A DNA stretch of 64,000 nucleotides from the NCBI GenBank assembly GCA_044450345.1, contig JBIOIY010000002.1:128001-192000 (forward strand). The letters are read 5' to 3'. The stretch is from Thermodesulfovibrionales bacterium (GTDB lineage: Bacteria > Nitrospirota > Thermodesulfovibrionia > Thermodesulfovibrionales > UBA6898). Of the stretch, positions 40,237-49,180 are shown in pieces. The position numbers and the translations under genes are program-made. The number at the start of each line of letters is the position of its first letter. Positions within the stretch are counted from its first letter, which is position 1. The notes beneath the pieces were generated by a model, which made no database searches, was not told the DNA's origin, and saw nothing but the letters and a program-made list of their open reading frames with translations.

Positions 40237-41094
40237 TCACATTTCGAGATACGAATGGGCGTAAAGGGTATTGCCCCTAATGACATCAAGCGTCTTTGTT
40301 ATCTCCGCCATTTTTTTTGCGTCATCAAGCTTCTTCCCGGCCAGAACATCGTCAAACAGTTTCTTTTCATTAATGGCCTCTGCCATCTCGTGGGCGTCAG
40401 CAATGGCGGAGGTCAGTCCCGCATTCATAAGCATTAAAAAATAATATTTATTCAATATCGGTCTTAGCTGCTTAGGGCAACCGTTGGAAATATTGCTCAG
40501 CCCGACAACGGTTTTCATCGGTGGATCGTTCATTTCCTGAAACATCTTAATCGCCTCAATAACTTTCATTGCGTGGTCCTGAGAAGTTGCGATCTGAAGG
40601 ACCAACGGATCAAGATATAAGTCTTCAAGTGGCACCCCATACTCCATTGCCCTAGCCATTATATCCGCAGCTAGTGCAGCCCTTTCCCCGGCGTCTGCAG
40701 GAAGTCCGCCTTTCCCCACCGTAAGCCCAATGACTTGTGCCTTATATTTCGCTCCAAGTTCAAGAATAGGGAATCTCTCGGGGTCATTGGATGTTGAATT
40801 AATTAATGCCCTGCCCCACTGATTGTTATGGACTTTCAATCCTGCCTCTATTGCCTTTGCATTTGTTGTATCAAGGCATACCGGCAGAGAGACGACCTCT
40901 TGAATCGTTGTAACCATCCACTGCATCAAATCCTCTCCGCCGTCTTCTGCAGGGCCTATATTGGCATCAATTACGCCGGACCCCTCCTTCCACTGTCGGG
41001 TCGCGATCTCCTGTATCGGTCCCTTGTCTTTCTTCATCATCGCTTCTCTGACCTTCTTCGCTATGATGCTCAACTTTTCGCCTATTATCAGCAT
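40237..41094 (-). CDS. acsE: methyltetrahydrofolate:corrinoid Fe-S protein methyltransferase
   Basis: Pterin-binding fold: IIGE, LDTTN, INST, LDPLV, GLSNISNG; first gene of the acs operon. Confidence 0.9.
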   Translation of the reverse strand: MLIIGEKLSIIAKKVREAMMKKDKGPIQEIATRQWKEGSGVIDANIGPAEDGGEDLMQWMVTTIQEVVSLPVCLDTTNAKAIEAGLKVHNNQWGRALINSTSNDPERFPILELGAKYKAQVIGLTVGKGGLPADAGERAALAADIMARAMEYGVPLEDLYLDPLVLQIATSQDHAMKVIEAIKMFQEMNDPPMKTVVGLSNISNGCPKQLRPILNKYYFLMLMNAGLTSAIADAHEMAEAINEKKLFDDVLAGKKLDDAKKMAEITKTLDVIRGNTLYAHSYLEM

Positions 41095-41635
41095 TACTTC
41101 GCACTCCTTTCCTTAACTTTTCATTATAAATTTCTCATGAAAAAAAAATGTGAGAATCCTTCAAAAAACAGAGCATCAACAACAGTTAATAATAAATCTT
41201 ATAGATACTCCTTAGAATAATCCTAAGAACAATAACATATTTTAATAAGCCCATAAAATTTATTATTTTAATAAAGTTAATAAGTTTTTTTTATTAACTA
41301 ATAAGATTTTACCGGCCTCCTTTCCGCAAAAAAGATCAAAATAGGCAACATTGTCTAATTTACCATGTAGCGACACGTAAAGATAGGAAAAATAACATAT
41401 TTTGGACTCCAAAATAAAGCACTTGGGTGATAGTTTTAATTTATAAATGCATAAGCATTACCCAAAAGGCCTATGCCGACACTTCTATACGGCAAAACTG
41501 CCCACCAGTGGTGACACTCCATGCTTCTTCCTGCCAATAATTCCCCCCCTATCTTAAATCGGCTTGGTATCACTTAGTCGGACACGTAAGCTTCCCCAAA
41601 AAGCAGACATTTTTCAAGAATACTTAGAATCCTTT

Positions 41636-42895
41636 TTAACAGGGTGATGTCGACCTGCTGTAATTCACCCCTTTTTCGAGCCCTTCGATCCTGAAAAGCG
41701 GCTCTCCTGCGATCAGTTCCCCGAGCCTTTCGGGCTTCAGTTGATTATAGAAAACAGGCATCACCAGATTACCGTCGTCGCGATAGCCGATCAAGTTCTT
41801 TCTTAACGACCCATCCCTGAGAATTATATCAGTGATCTGGAGTTTCCGGTAGAGCCTGATATACGTGTTGATGCCGACACTGTCAGGCTGGACCCTCCTG
41901 AATAGATCCAGGTAAAAAAGGAGTGTATCCTCCTCCTCATAGGGAAAACCGCAAAGAAAATCCACTACGATCTTGAGTCCGCTTGACTTAGCGAGGAATA
42001 TCATCTTTTCGATGTCGGTCCAGTACATAGGGCACTTCTTCCAGGAATCAACAGTGAGCGTTATCAAGGAAACCCCGCTATCCTTCATCAGCCTGAAGAG
42101 CTTTTTATTATAGTTTGCCGGTTTCATATAAAGGGCCCAGTCAATGCCCAGTCCTTCCTTTATTAATGAGCTGCAAAAATCCAGCGCATAATCGAGGTCT
42201 TCGTTAAATTCAGAGTCGCAGAGGTGGAAGCGCTTACATCCGGCATCGACGAACTGCCGGATCTCGCCGACAACATCCTGAATTCTTTTGAATGACACCC
42301 TGGTATTCGCTTCGATACAATACACACAGGACGAACTGCAGCCCTTGTGCGTATCGAAGCCCGCGATTCCCCCATGTTCGACATATTTTTCGTAATCTAT
42401 TTTATCCGCCTTGCGCGGACACGAAATATCATATCGATATTTTCTGGAATGTATTTTCTGCCCCATGTTCTCTCCCCTGCCGATATCGGCAAGCAGTTCA
42501 TCGATGCAGCCTTCGGCAGGCCCGGTAACCGCGTAATCGGTGCCTAGGTATTCAAGGACACTCTCAGGATCAGTCGCCATCCCACTCCCTCCCAAAATTA
42601 CCTTCAACCCGCACAACTGTCTTATGTGCGATACGATATCTCTTATGTCATCGAGAAAGAATTCATTTGTCTGGTGGAGGACTGTATCCACGTTCCTTAC
42701 GGTAATACCGACAATATCGGGCTTAAATTCAACCACCGCCTTATCGATATCACCAAAGGGGGAATCGGAAAAACAGAGGTCGAGTATCTCCACCGCGTGA
42801 CCTGATTCCTCGAGTGTGCCGGCAACATGTTCGAGCCCTATCGGCGGCACGGGAGGGGATTTATACCTGTTGGGATTAATCAGAAGGACTCTCAT
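41636..42895 (-). CDS. cobalamin-binding radical SAM protein
   Basis: N-terminal B12-binding domain (PPIGLEHVA...GITVRNVD), CxxxCxxC (CSSSCVYC), DSEFN. Confidence 0.88.
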   Translation of the reverse strand: MRVLLINPNRYKSPPVPPIGLEHVAGTLEESGHAVEILDLCFSDSPFGDIDKAVVEFKPDIVGITVRNVDTVLHQTNEFFLDDIRDIVSHIRQLCGLKVILGGSGMATDPESVLEYLGTDYAVTGPAEGCIDELLADIGRGENMGQKIHSRKYRYDISCPRKADKIDYEKYVEHGGIAGFDTHKGCSSSCVYCIEANTRVSFKRIQDVVGEIRQFVDAGCKRFHLCDSEFNEDLDYALDFCSSLIKEGLGIDWALYMKPANYNKKLFRLMKDSGVSLITLTVDSWKKCPMYWTDIEKMIFLAKSSGLKIVVDFLCGFPYEEEDTLLFYLDLFRRVQPDSVGINTYIRLYRKLQITDIILRDGSLRKNLIGYRDDGNLVMPVFYNQLKPERLGELIAGEPLFRIEGLEKGVNYSRSTSPC

Positions 42896-43038
42896 GGCTC
42901 TATAATAAAATAATGGACGATATTATTGTCCAGTGCAGCACCCCAATTAATGTGAGACCTTCTCACTGAAATAGTCCGCATGATATACTTCCTGAAATCA
43001 ACTTGAAAATGACCTATTGAAGAAGTAAAGGGTACAAC

Positions 43039-43104
43039 CTTTACCGACTGAACTAAGGTGAACGGTGGGTTTTTACCGCGTTCCTCTTGAGCGACTCGTT
43101 AGAC
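43039..43104 (-). mobile_element. degenerate integron attC site (66 bp)
   Basis: R'' GTCTAAC 6 nt after the cassette stop, L'' GCTCAAGA, central palindrome, L' CCTTAGT, R' decayed to GGTAAAG. Confidence 0.7.
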
Positions 43105-43110
43105 GGCGGT

Positions 43111-43672
43111 TCACTGATTTTTCTTTAGGTCTTTAATTAATTGGCTTAGAAGCCTGAGTTGTTCCTGTTGATGTGAAATAAGTTCACTCCATGGCTTCTC
43201 CCTAAGCAAGTCTATTTTCTCATGGAGCGTCATTATTTCAAGCTCCGCCTTTAAGTTGACTTCGTTAATCGTGCTCCGCGCTTAGTCGATCTTTGGAGGC
43301 CTGTCGGTTTTGAGACATCAAGATTATTGGGGCTTGAATGGCGGCAAGGATAGACAAAAAGAAGATTTAGCAGAATGTACGGGTATGGATCAAATGATTT
43401 ATCAAGCTTGATCAGAACGAACGAATTCAGGAAAACCCAAGTAACCATTACAACCGCAAAGATTGAGATGAAAACCAAGAGCCTCCAAAAGTTGCGACCT
43501 TATCAGCCATCCTCTGGCCGAAAGTCAGTTGTTCGGAAAAGTCTTGAGCGACATTCCTTGCAATGTGGGTTCTCTCGGCGAGATGATGAGCAACATGCTT
43601 CTCTTGCTTGCCAAGTTGCTCATATTTCGTGCGAAAAAGCTTTTCTGATATTTCGACTTCTTTTTGATTCAT
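43111..43672 (-). pseudogene. DUF1003 membrane protein pseudogene (gene cassette, about 3 frameshifts)
   Basis: TFGQRMADKVATFGGSW, FDPYPYILLNL, LAAIQAPIILMSQNRQ, VNLKAELEI reconstructed across frames. Confidence 0.85.
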
Positions 43673-43693
43673 CGTGTTATCCTTTGGATTGTG

Positions 43694-43745
43694 GTCTAAC
43701 ATTATTTTTTATGCCGAATGCGTATTCTCGGATAACACTCTGAAT
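43694..43745 (-). mobile_element. attI-like site / cassette left junction
   Basis: CGGCATAAAAAATAAT-GTTAGAC; the core GTTAGAC is the exact complement of the attC inverse core GTCTAAC. Confidence 0.55.
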
Positions 43746-43876
43746 GTGTCGGCGTAGTTCATCGGCGTTCTCATTGCGCCGTCGGCAATAATGTGATTGG
43801 CGATATCAACGCATATCTCTATCATCATCTGTAGCGTTCTTTCAATAATACGCTGGGCCTTCCAATCAGCCTGATA
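43709..43876 (-). pseudogene. internal fragment of a HepT-like (DUF86) ribonuclease toxin
   Basis: YQADWKAQRIIERTLQMMIEICVDIANHIIAD...YADTFRVL; N- and C-terminal parts missing (no RNxxxH motif). Confidence 0.7.
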
Positions 43877-45589
43877 TCAGTCGGCGTCAGGGAACCGCAC
43901 AAGCGTTCCCCGCTTTTGTCCGCCGTATCTGAATATGGTAATCCCCTTGCAGCCCTTTTCATACGCCAGGAGGTATGCGCGGGCTACGTCTTCCTTCTTT
44001 GCTTTTTTCGGCAGGTTGATCGTTTTTGAGACGGCGTTGTCGGTGTATCTCTGAAAGCGGGCCTGCATTTCGATGTGGTCTACATAATTAATCTCGTGAG
44101 CAGTCTTGTATAACCGTCGGATCTTCTGCGGGACTTCCCGCATGGCCCGGAGGGTCCCTCGCCGGACGATTTTTTCTTCCAATTCTTCGGAGTAGAACCC
44201 GAGTTCTTTCGCCGTCTCAAAGAAAAGCCTGTTCACCTCATAGAGTTCAGTGTCCATAATGAGTCTCTTATATGCAAGGGCGAAGAGCGGCTCGATTCCG
44301 CTCGAGCAATCGGCTATTATAGAGAGGGTGCCCGTCGGTGCTATTGTCGTCGTTGTCGCGTTCCTTACCCCCGGCATGCCGGGGGCGTCGTAAACAGACC
44401 CTTTGAAATTGGGAAAAACGCCCCTTTTGTCGGCGAGATCGGCGGAGCACTCTCGGGCCCTGTCTCTAAAGAATTTCATAAAATTTTCTGCGAGGTTGAA
44501 CGCCTTCGTATTATCGTATGGCACCCCGACGGATATCAGCATATCGGCCCAGCCCATCACCCCGAGTCCTATTTTCCTGTTGCCTTTGTGCATCGTCTCG
44601 ATCGCGGGAAGAGGATATTTGTTGATATCGATCGTATCGTCGAGGAACCTGACGGCGGCGGCGATATCTTCCGAAAGCGCCGCGAAATCTATTGCCGTAC
44701 GTCCCGACTTCCGCGTCACGTACTTATTGAGGTTTAACGAACCCAGAACGCACGCCTCGTTAGGAAGAAGAGGCTGCTCTCCGCATGGGTTCGTCGATTC
44801 CATTCTTCCCATGTGCGGAGTGGGGTTTGCCTTGTTTATCGCGTCGATAAACACTACGCCCGGATCACCGGTTTCCCACGCGCTATTCACAATCTCGTCA
44901 AAGACGTCCCTTGCCCTGATTTTCCTGTATACCTCCTTTGTCCTCGGATTAAAGAGCTCGTACTCGCCGTCCCGACGCAGGGCCTCCATGAAGGCGTCCG
45001 TCACCGCAACGGAGATGTTAAAATTCCGGAGTTCTCCCGCATCCCTCTTGATCTTTATGAACTCGAGTATGTCGGGATGGTCGACGCTCAATATGCCCAT
45101 ATTCGCACCGCGCCGGGCGCCGCCCTGTTTTATCACCTCGGTTGCAGTATCGAAGACCCTCATGAAGGACACCGGACCGCTCGCGACACCGCCGGTAGAG
45201 CGGACAACGTCGGCCTTCGGCCTCAGGTGCGAAAAAGAGAAACCGGTACCTCCGCCGCTCTGAAGGATCATGGCCGCGTCCTTCAGGGAATTGAAGATGC
45301 TGTCCATAGAGTCCTCCACCGGAAGCACAAAGCATGCGGCGAGCTGGCCAAGGCTTTTCCCTGCGTTCATCATAGCCGGTGAATTCGGAAGAAATTTGAG
45401 GTCCTTCATCAGAGTAAAAAAGCGTTCGGTCCAGTAGTCTTCATCTCCGTCGTAATTCTTTTCCGCCCCGGCAACGCTCTTGGCGACTCTGAAGAACATC
45501 TCTTCGGGGGTCTCGGTCACCCTGCCCGTCTCGTCTTTCAGAAGGTATCTGTTCCTCAAGACAGTCTTTGCGTTCTCGCTCAATTCCAT
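43877..45589 (-). CDS. nrdJ: adenosylcobalamin-dependent class II ribonucleotide reductase (short form)
   Basis: PNSP, AACFV, GGGTG, RRGANM, TNPCGEQPL, APTGT, SKTIN. Confidence 0.92.
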   Translation of the reverse strand: MELSENAKTVLRNRYLLKDETGRVTETPEEMFFRVAKSVAGAEKNYDGDEDYWTERFFTLMKDLKFLPNSPAMMNAGKSLGQLAACFVLPVEDSMDSIFNSLKDAAMILQSGGGTGFSFSHLRPKADVVRSTGGVASGPVSFMRVFDTATEVIKQGGARRGANMGILSVDHPDILEFIKIKRDAGELRNFNISVAVTDAFMEALRRDGEYELFNPRTKEVYRKIRARDVFDEIVNSAWETGDPGVVFIDAINKANPTPHMGRMESTNPCGEQPLLPNEACVLGSLNLNKYVTRKSGRTAIDFAALSEDIAAAVRFLDDTIDINKYPLPAIETMHKGNRKIGLGVMGWADMLISVGVPYDNTKAFNLAENFMKFFRDRARECSADLADKRGVFPNFKGSVYDAPGMPGVRNATTTTIAPTGTLSIIADCSSGIEPLFALAYKRLIMDTELYEVNRLFFETAKELGFYSEELEEKIVRRGTLRAMREVPQKIRRLYKTAHEINYVDHIEMQARFQRYTDNAVSKTINLPKKAKKEDVARAYLLAYEKGCKGITIFRYGGQKRGTLVRFPDAD

Positions 45590-45694
45590 AGGCACATTAT
45601 ATCAGACAAATACCGACTTACAAGCCGAATGACCGGATGAAGAATCGACTCGTGGTACCGCTGTCGCCCATGGAGAACAAAACACTTTTAACAC

Positions 45695-45754
45695 TGTCAT
45701 TCTGGCTTGTCCAGAATCTTTTCTCGGAAAGACTCCCGACAAGCGGGAGTGACA
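45695..45754. repeat. REP-like double palindrome (GTCATT...ATGAC family)
   Basis: TGTCATTCTGGCTTGTCCAGAATC...GACTCCCGACAAGCGGGAGTGACA; related copies at about 55245 and 61555. Confidence 0.75.
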
Positions 45755-45862
45755 ATTAAAATGCAACGAATTCCCTAAAAAAAACCCGGCTTCGAGTAAT
45801 TCTTCAGATTAAATTTTTGCTTCGCAATTTTTGCGGACAGGAAATAAAGACGAGAGGTGAGA

Positions 45863-46420
45863 TCAACTTCTATTGAACTTGTTCATCGCCTTTTCTGCGC
45901 CCTCCAGGATGATGAACAGTATCGAATCGGCGGCCCTTCCCACAGCCTCTTTGACCAGCGGCAGTTCCTCTTTTGTGAATTTCGAAAGGACGTATTTCTC
46001 AACAGGGACAAATTGGTCTCTGCCTATGCCGACTTTCACTCTTGTAAAATCGCCCGATCCGATGCTCTGGATGATAGATTCCACCCCTTTATGTCCCCCC
46101 GAGGAACCTTTCCTGCGGATCTTCAGTTTGCCTGTTTCGAGATCGAGATCGTCATGTACCACTATCATATTTTCGGGAGGTACAGCGAACTTGTCGGCGA
46201 CTTTTCTGACGGCGGAACCGCTCCTGTTCATAAACGTCAACGGCTCCATGATGGCGATCCTTTCGCCCTCAATGGAGCCGTCACAAATCTTATAGTCGGC
46301 CTTTTCCCTAAATTCCAGGCCCTCTCTACGAGAAAATTCCTCTACTACCAGAAAGCCGATGTTATGGCGCGTTCTGGCATACCGGCTGCCCGGGTTTCCA
46401 AGTCCGACGAGGAGCCACAA
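45863..46420 (-). CDS. pth: peptidyl-tRNA hydrolase
   Basis: VGLGNPG..Y..TRHNIGF, TFMNRSG, HDDLD, GGHKG. Confidence 0.96.
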   Translation of the reverse strand: MWLLVGLGNPGSRYARTRHNIGFLVVEEFSRREGLEFREKADYKICDGSIEGERIAIMEPLTFMNRSGSAVRKVADKFAVPPENMIVVHDDLDLETGKLKIRRKGSSGGHKGVESIIQSIGSGDFTRVKVGIGRDQFVPVEKYVLSKFTKEELPLVKEAVGRAADSILFIILEGAEKAMNKFNRS

Positions 46421-46423
46421 ATA

Positions 46424-47095
46424 CTATTTCTCCTTCTTCTCGGCCCCTTCCTCTTCCTTCTTCCCCTTCTTTACCACTTCGGGCTCGGCCGGGGCGGCGA
46501 CCTCGGCTACAGCCTCGGCAGCGACAGGCGCCGCTTCAACTGCAGGAGCAACTACGGTCACGATCACATCATTAGGATCGTTATGGACCTTGATGCCTTC
46601 TTCAAATATGAGGTCGCTCACATGAATGGACTGACCAACCTCGAGTTTAGAAATATCGACCGAGGTCTTTCCCGGTATCTTGTCGGGAAGACACTCTATC
46701 ATGACTTCTCTCAGCGTGTGCTGGAGAATACCTCCATCCCTCCTGACGCCGATGGGTTCGCCCACTGTCGTCACGTGGATAGGGATCCTCACCTCTTCCG
46801 TAAGAGAGACCTCGAAGAAGTCCGTATGCAGCAACTCTCCTCTGATCGGGTCCACCTGGTAGTCTTTCAGCAGGGCAAGTTTCTTCTCGCCGTCCTTGAA
46901 CTGGAGGTCGACCATGACCTGTTCTCCGGACATCGAGTTTATAAGTTTCGCCAAATCCTTCTTTACGAGCTTTATCGATTGTGAACCCCCTCCTCTATAC
47001 AGGACCGCGGGGACCATGCCATCTCTTCTGAGAGAGCGCGCAACTCCCTTACCTTGTTCTTCCCTTTTTTCTGCTACTATACTAAGCCTTTCCAT
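46424..47095 (-). CDS. rplY: 50S ribosomal protein L25/Ctc
   Basis: RSLRRDGMVPAVLY, LLHTDF, GVRRDGG; between prs and pth. Confidence 0.95.
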   Translation of the reverse strand: MERLSIVAEKREEQGKGVARSLRRDGMVPAVLYRGGGSQSIKLVKKDLAKLINSMSGEQVMVDLQFKDGEKKLALLKDYQVDPIRGELLHTDFFEVSLTEEVRIPIHVTTVGEPIGVRRDGGILQHTLREVMIECLPDKIPGKTSVDISKLEVGQSIHVSDLIFEEGIKVHNDPNDVIVTVVAPAVEAAPVAAEAVAEVAAPAEPEVVKKGKKEEEGAEKKEK

Positions 47096-47115
47096 CTTTC
47101 CTCCTCTGGCCGTTA

Positions 47116-48060
47116 CTATACAAACAGCGAGCTTATTGATGATTCTTCATGAATCCTTTTTATCGCCTCTCCTAGGAGAGGCGCGATGCTAAGCACCGTC
47201 AGTTGCTTCAATTGTTCCTTCTTGCTGTCGAGCGGTATCGTATTGGTGGCAATGATTTCCACGAGGGCCGAGTTATTGATCCTCTCCGCCGCAGCGCCGG
47301 AAAGGACAGCATGAGTACACGCGGCAGAAACCTTTCTTGCGCCTTTTTCCTTCAAGGCAGCAGCGGCCTGCGTCATCGTTCCCGCCGTATCGACCATGTC
47401 ATCGAGTATCAGCGCATCCATTCCGGAGACATCGCCGATCACGTTCATCACTTCGCATTCGTTTGCCTTTTCGCGGCGTTTGTCCACAATAGCGATGGAA
47501 CACTGGAGCCTTTTCGCAAAGGCCCTCGCACGTTCCACGCCCCCCGCGTCAGGAGACACGATGACCAGATGTTCCGTGTCATATTTCTTCTTGATATAAT
47601 CAAGGAGTATGGGACTGGCATAGAGGTTGTCCACAGGTATATTGAAGAAGCCCTGTATCTGTCCTGCGTGCAGGTCTACCGTAAGCACCCTGTTCGTTCC
47701 CACAGCGGTGATAAGATCTGCCACCAGTTTTGCCGATATCGGCACCCTCGACTGGACCTTCCTGTCCTGCCTCGCATATCCGTAGTAGGGGATGACAGCC
47801 GTGATGCGTCCGACGGATGCTCTTTTCAGTGCATCCGTGATAAGGAGGAGCTCCATGATATTATCATTGACGGGAATTGATGTCGGCTGAAGTACGAATA
47901 CATCCGAGCCCCTCACATTTTCATTTACCCTGACCAATATTTCACCATCGCTGAAGGTCGCGACGGCAGCGTCGCCCAGTTGAATTCCAAGACAGGAAGC
48001 GACCTCTCTCGCCAGGTCGGTATGTGCGGTACCCGTAAAAAGTTTCAACCCCTGCGGCAT
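47116..48060 (-). CDS. prs: ribose-phosphate pyrophosphokinase
   Basis: [42 protein letters not shown]. Confidence 0.97.
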   Translation of the reverse strand: MPQGLKLFTGTAHTDLAREVASCLGIQLGDAAVATFSDGEILVRVNENVRGSDVFVLQPTSIPVNDNIMELLLITDALKRASVGRITAVIPYYGYARQDRKVQSRVPISAKLVADLITAVGTNRVLTVDLHAGQIQGFFNIPVDNLYASPILLDYIKKKYDTEHLVIVSPDAGGVERARAFAKRLQCSIAIVDKRREKANECEVMNVIGDVSGMDALILDDMVDTAGTMTQAAAALKEKGARKVSAACTHAVLSGAAAERINNSALVEIIATNTIPLDSKKEQLKQLTVLSIAPLLGEAIKRIHEESSISSLFV

Positions 48061-48172
48061 GATACCATCCTCTGCGCAAAGAAACCGCCGAGACAAGGCA
48101 GCGCGATCTTCTTATTTGTCAACAGCTTCATTCCTCTTCTCCTTCAGCAAATCCAATCCCTTCATTCAATAC

Positions 48173-48247
48173 TGGCTGGGGCGGGAGGATTCGAACCTCC
48201 ACATGGGAGATCCAAAATCTCCTGACTTGCCGTTTGTCGACGCCCCA
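48173..48247 (-). tRNA. tRNA-Gln (TTG)
   Basis: TGGGGCG...GGAGA-TTTTGGA-TCTCC anticodon arm, GGTTCGAATCC T-arm, 3' CCA; canonical ispE-tRNA-Gln-prs position. Confidence 0.95.
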
Positions 48248-48310
48248 AACAACTGTCCTGGGAAAATGAACAGGGACTATTGCCTCCACATCCTCCGCTC
48301 CATAGGTGAG

Positions 48311-49147
48311 CTATACCAGCGTCCTAACGACCCGACACCAGTAGTCTCCCATCAGTCCTGATGCCCGACGCGCCTCCTCTTCCGAATGAAATACGCCGAA
48401 CACGACAGACCCGCTTCCGCTCATCGAGGCGATTTCCGCGCCGTTCTCAAGAAGCATTTCTTTTATCTCGGCTACGATCCGGTATTTTTCCACAACCCCT
48501 TTTTCGAGGTCGTTAAAAACCATTTGCCGCAGGGAAGCAAAATCCTTCCTCTCAAGAGCAAGACAGAACAGTTTAATATCAACGGATTTTTTTGTCAACT
48601 CTGCAACGTACTTTCCGTATGCCCAGGAAGCAGGGATTGCGACGTCCGGTTTTACGAGAAGCATAGCCACAGAAATCTCCGTCTTCAGCCTGTTTACTAT
48701 CTCACCGCGCCCCTCCACAACGGAAAAAGGGCCTCTCATAAAAAAAGGAACATCGGAACCTATACGGACTCCGTATGCCATCAATTCTTCCTCCCCAAAG
48801 CCCAGCCCCCAGAGTTTGTTCAGCCCTATGAGGGTCTGCGCGGCATCGCTGCTCCCGCCCCCGAGGCCGGCCGCGAGGGGAATATTCTTTTCGAGGACAA
48901 TCCTTGCCCCCGCGCCGTATGAAGCGTTCTGTTTCAACAGAACCGCAGCCTTATAGACCAGGTTTTCTCCGGCAGGAAGGTCAAGGTCGGAAACCAGCTC
49001 GATTTCAGGTGCGTCTTCAAAAGACAGGACATCAAAAAGACTGACGCACTGCATAGGGCTGACGATGTCGTGGTAACCGTCGGGCCTCTTTCCTTTAATC
49101 CAAAGGAACCAGTTAATTTTTGCAGGCGCGTGGATAGAAAATTTCAT
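48311..49147 (-). CDS. ispE: 4-diphosphocytidyl-2-C-methyl-D-erythritol kinase
   Basis: APAKIN, DGYH, AGLGGGSSDAA, GSDVPFF, MSGSG. Confidence 0.96.
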   Translation of the reverse strand: MKFSIHAPAKINWFLWIKGKRPDGYHDIVSPMQCVSLFDVLSFEDAPEIELVSDLDLPAGENLVYKAAVLLKQNASYGAGARIVLEKNIPLAAGLGGGSSDAAQTLIGLNKLWGLGFGEEELMAYGVRIGSDVPFFMRGPFSVVEGRGEIVNRLKTEISVAMLLVKPDVAIPASWAYGKYVAELTKKSVDIKLFCLALERKDFASLRQMVFNDLEKGVVEKYRIVAEIKEMLLENGAEIASMSGSGSVVFGVFHSEEEARRASGLMGDYWCRVVRTLV

Positions 49148-49180
49148 TGCAGTGCAGACTGGAGAACAAAAGGGAGAAAC

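Noticed and set aside
41490..41520. GGCAAAACTGCC...GGTGAC resemblance to a c-di-GMP-I aptamer
   Set aside because: Wrong strand for the acs operon, and the tetraloop and downstream motifs are missing
43877..43879. Sec read-through of the nrdJ TGA into the in-frame HepT fragment
   Set aside because: No SECIS-like hairpin seen, the position is not a Cys equivalent, and the downstream part is a truncated unrelated family
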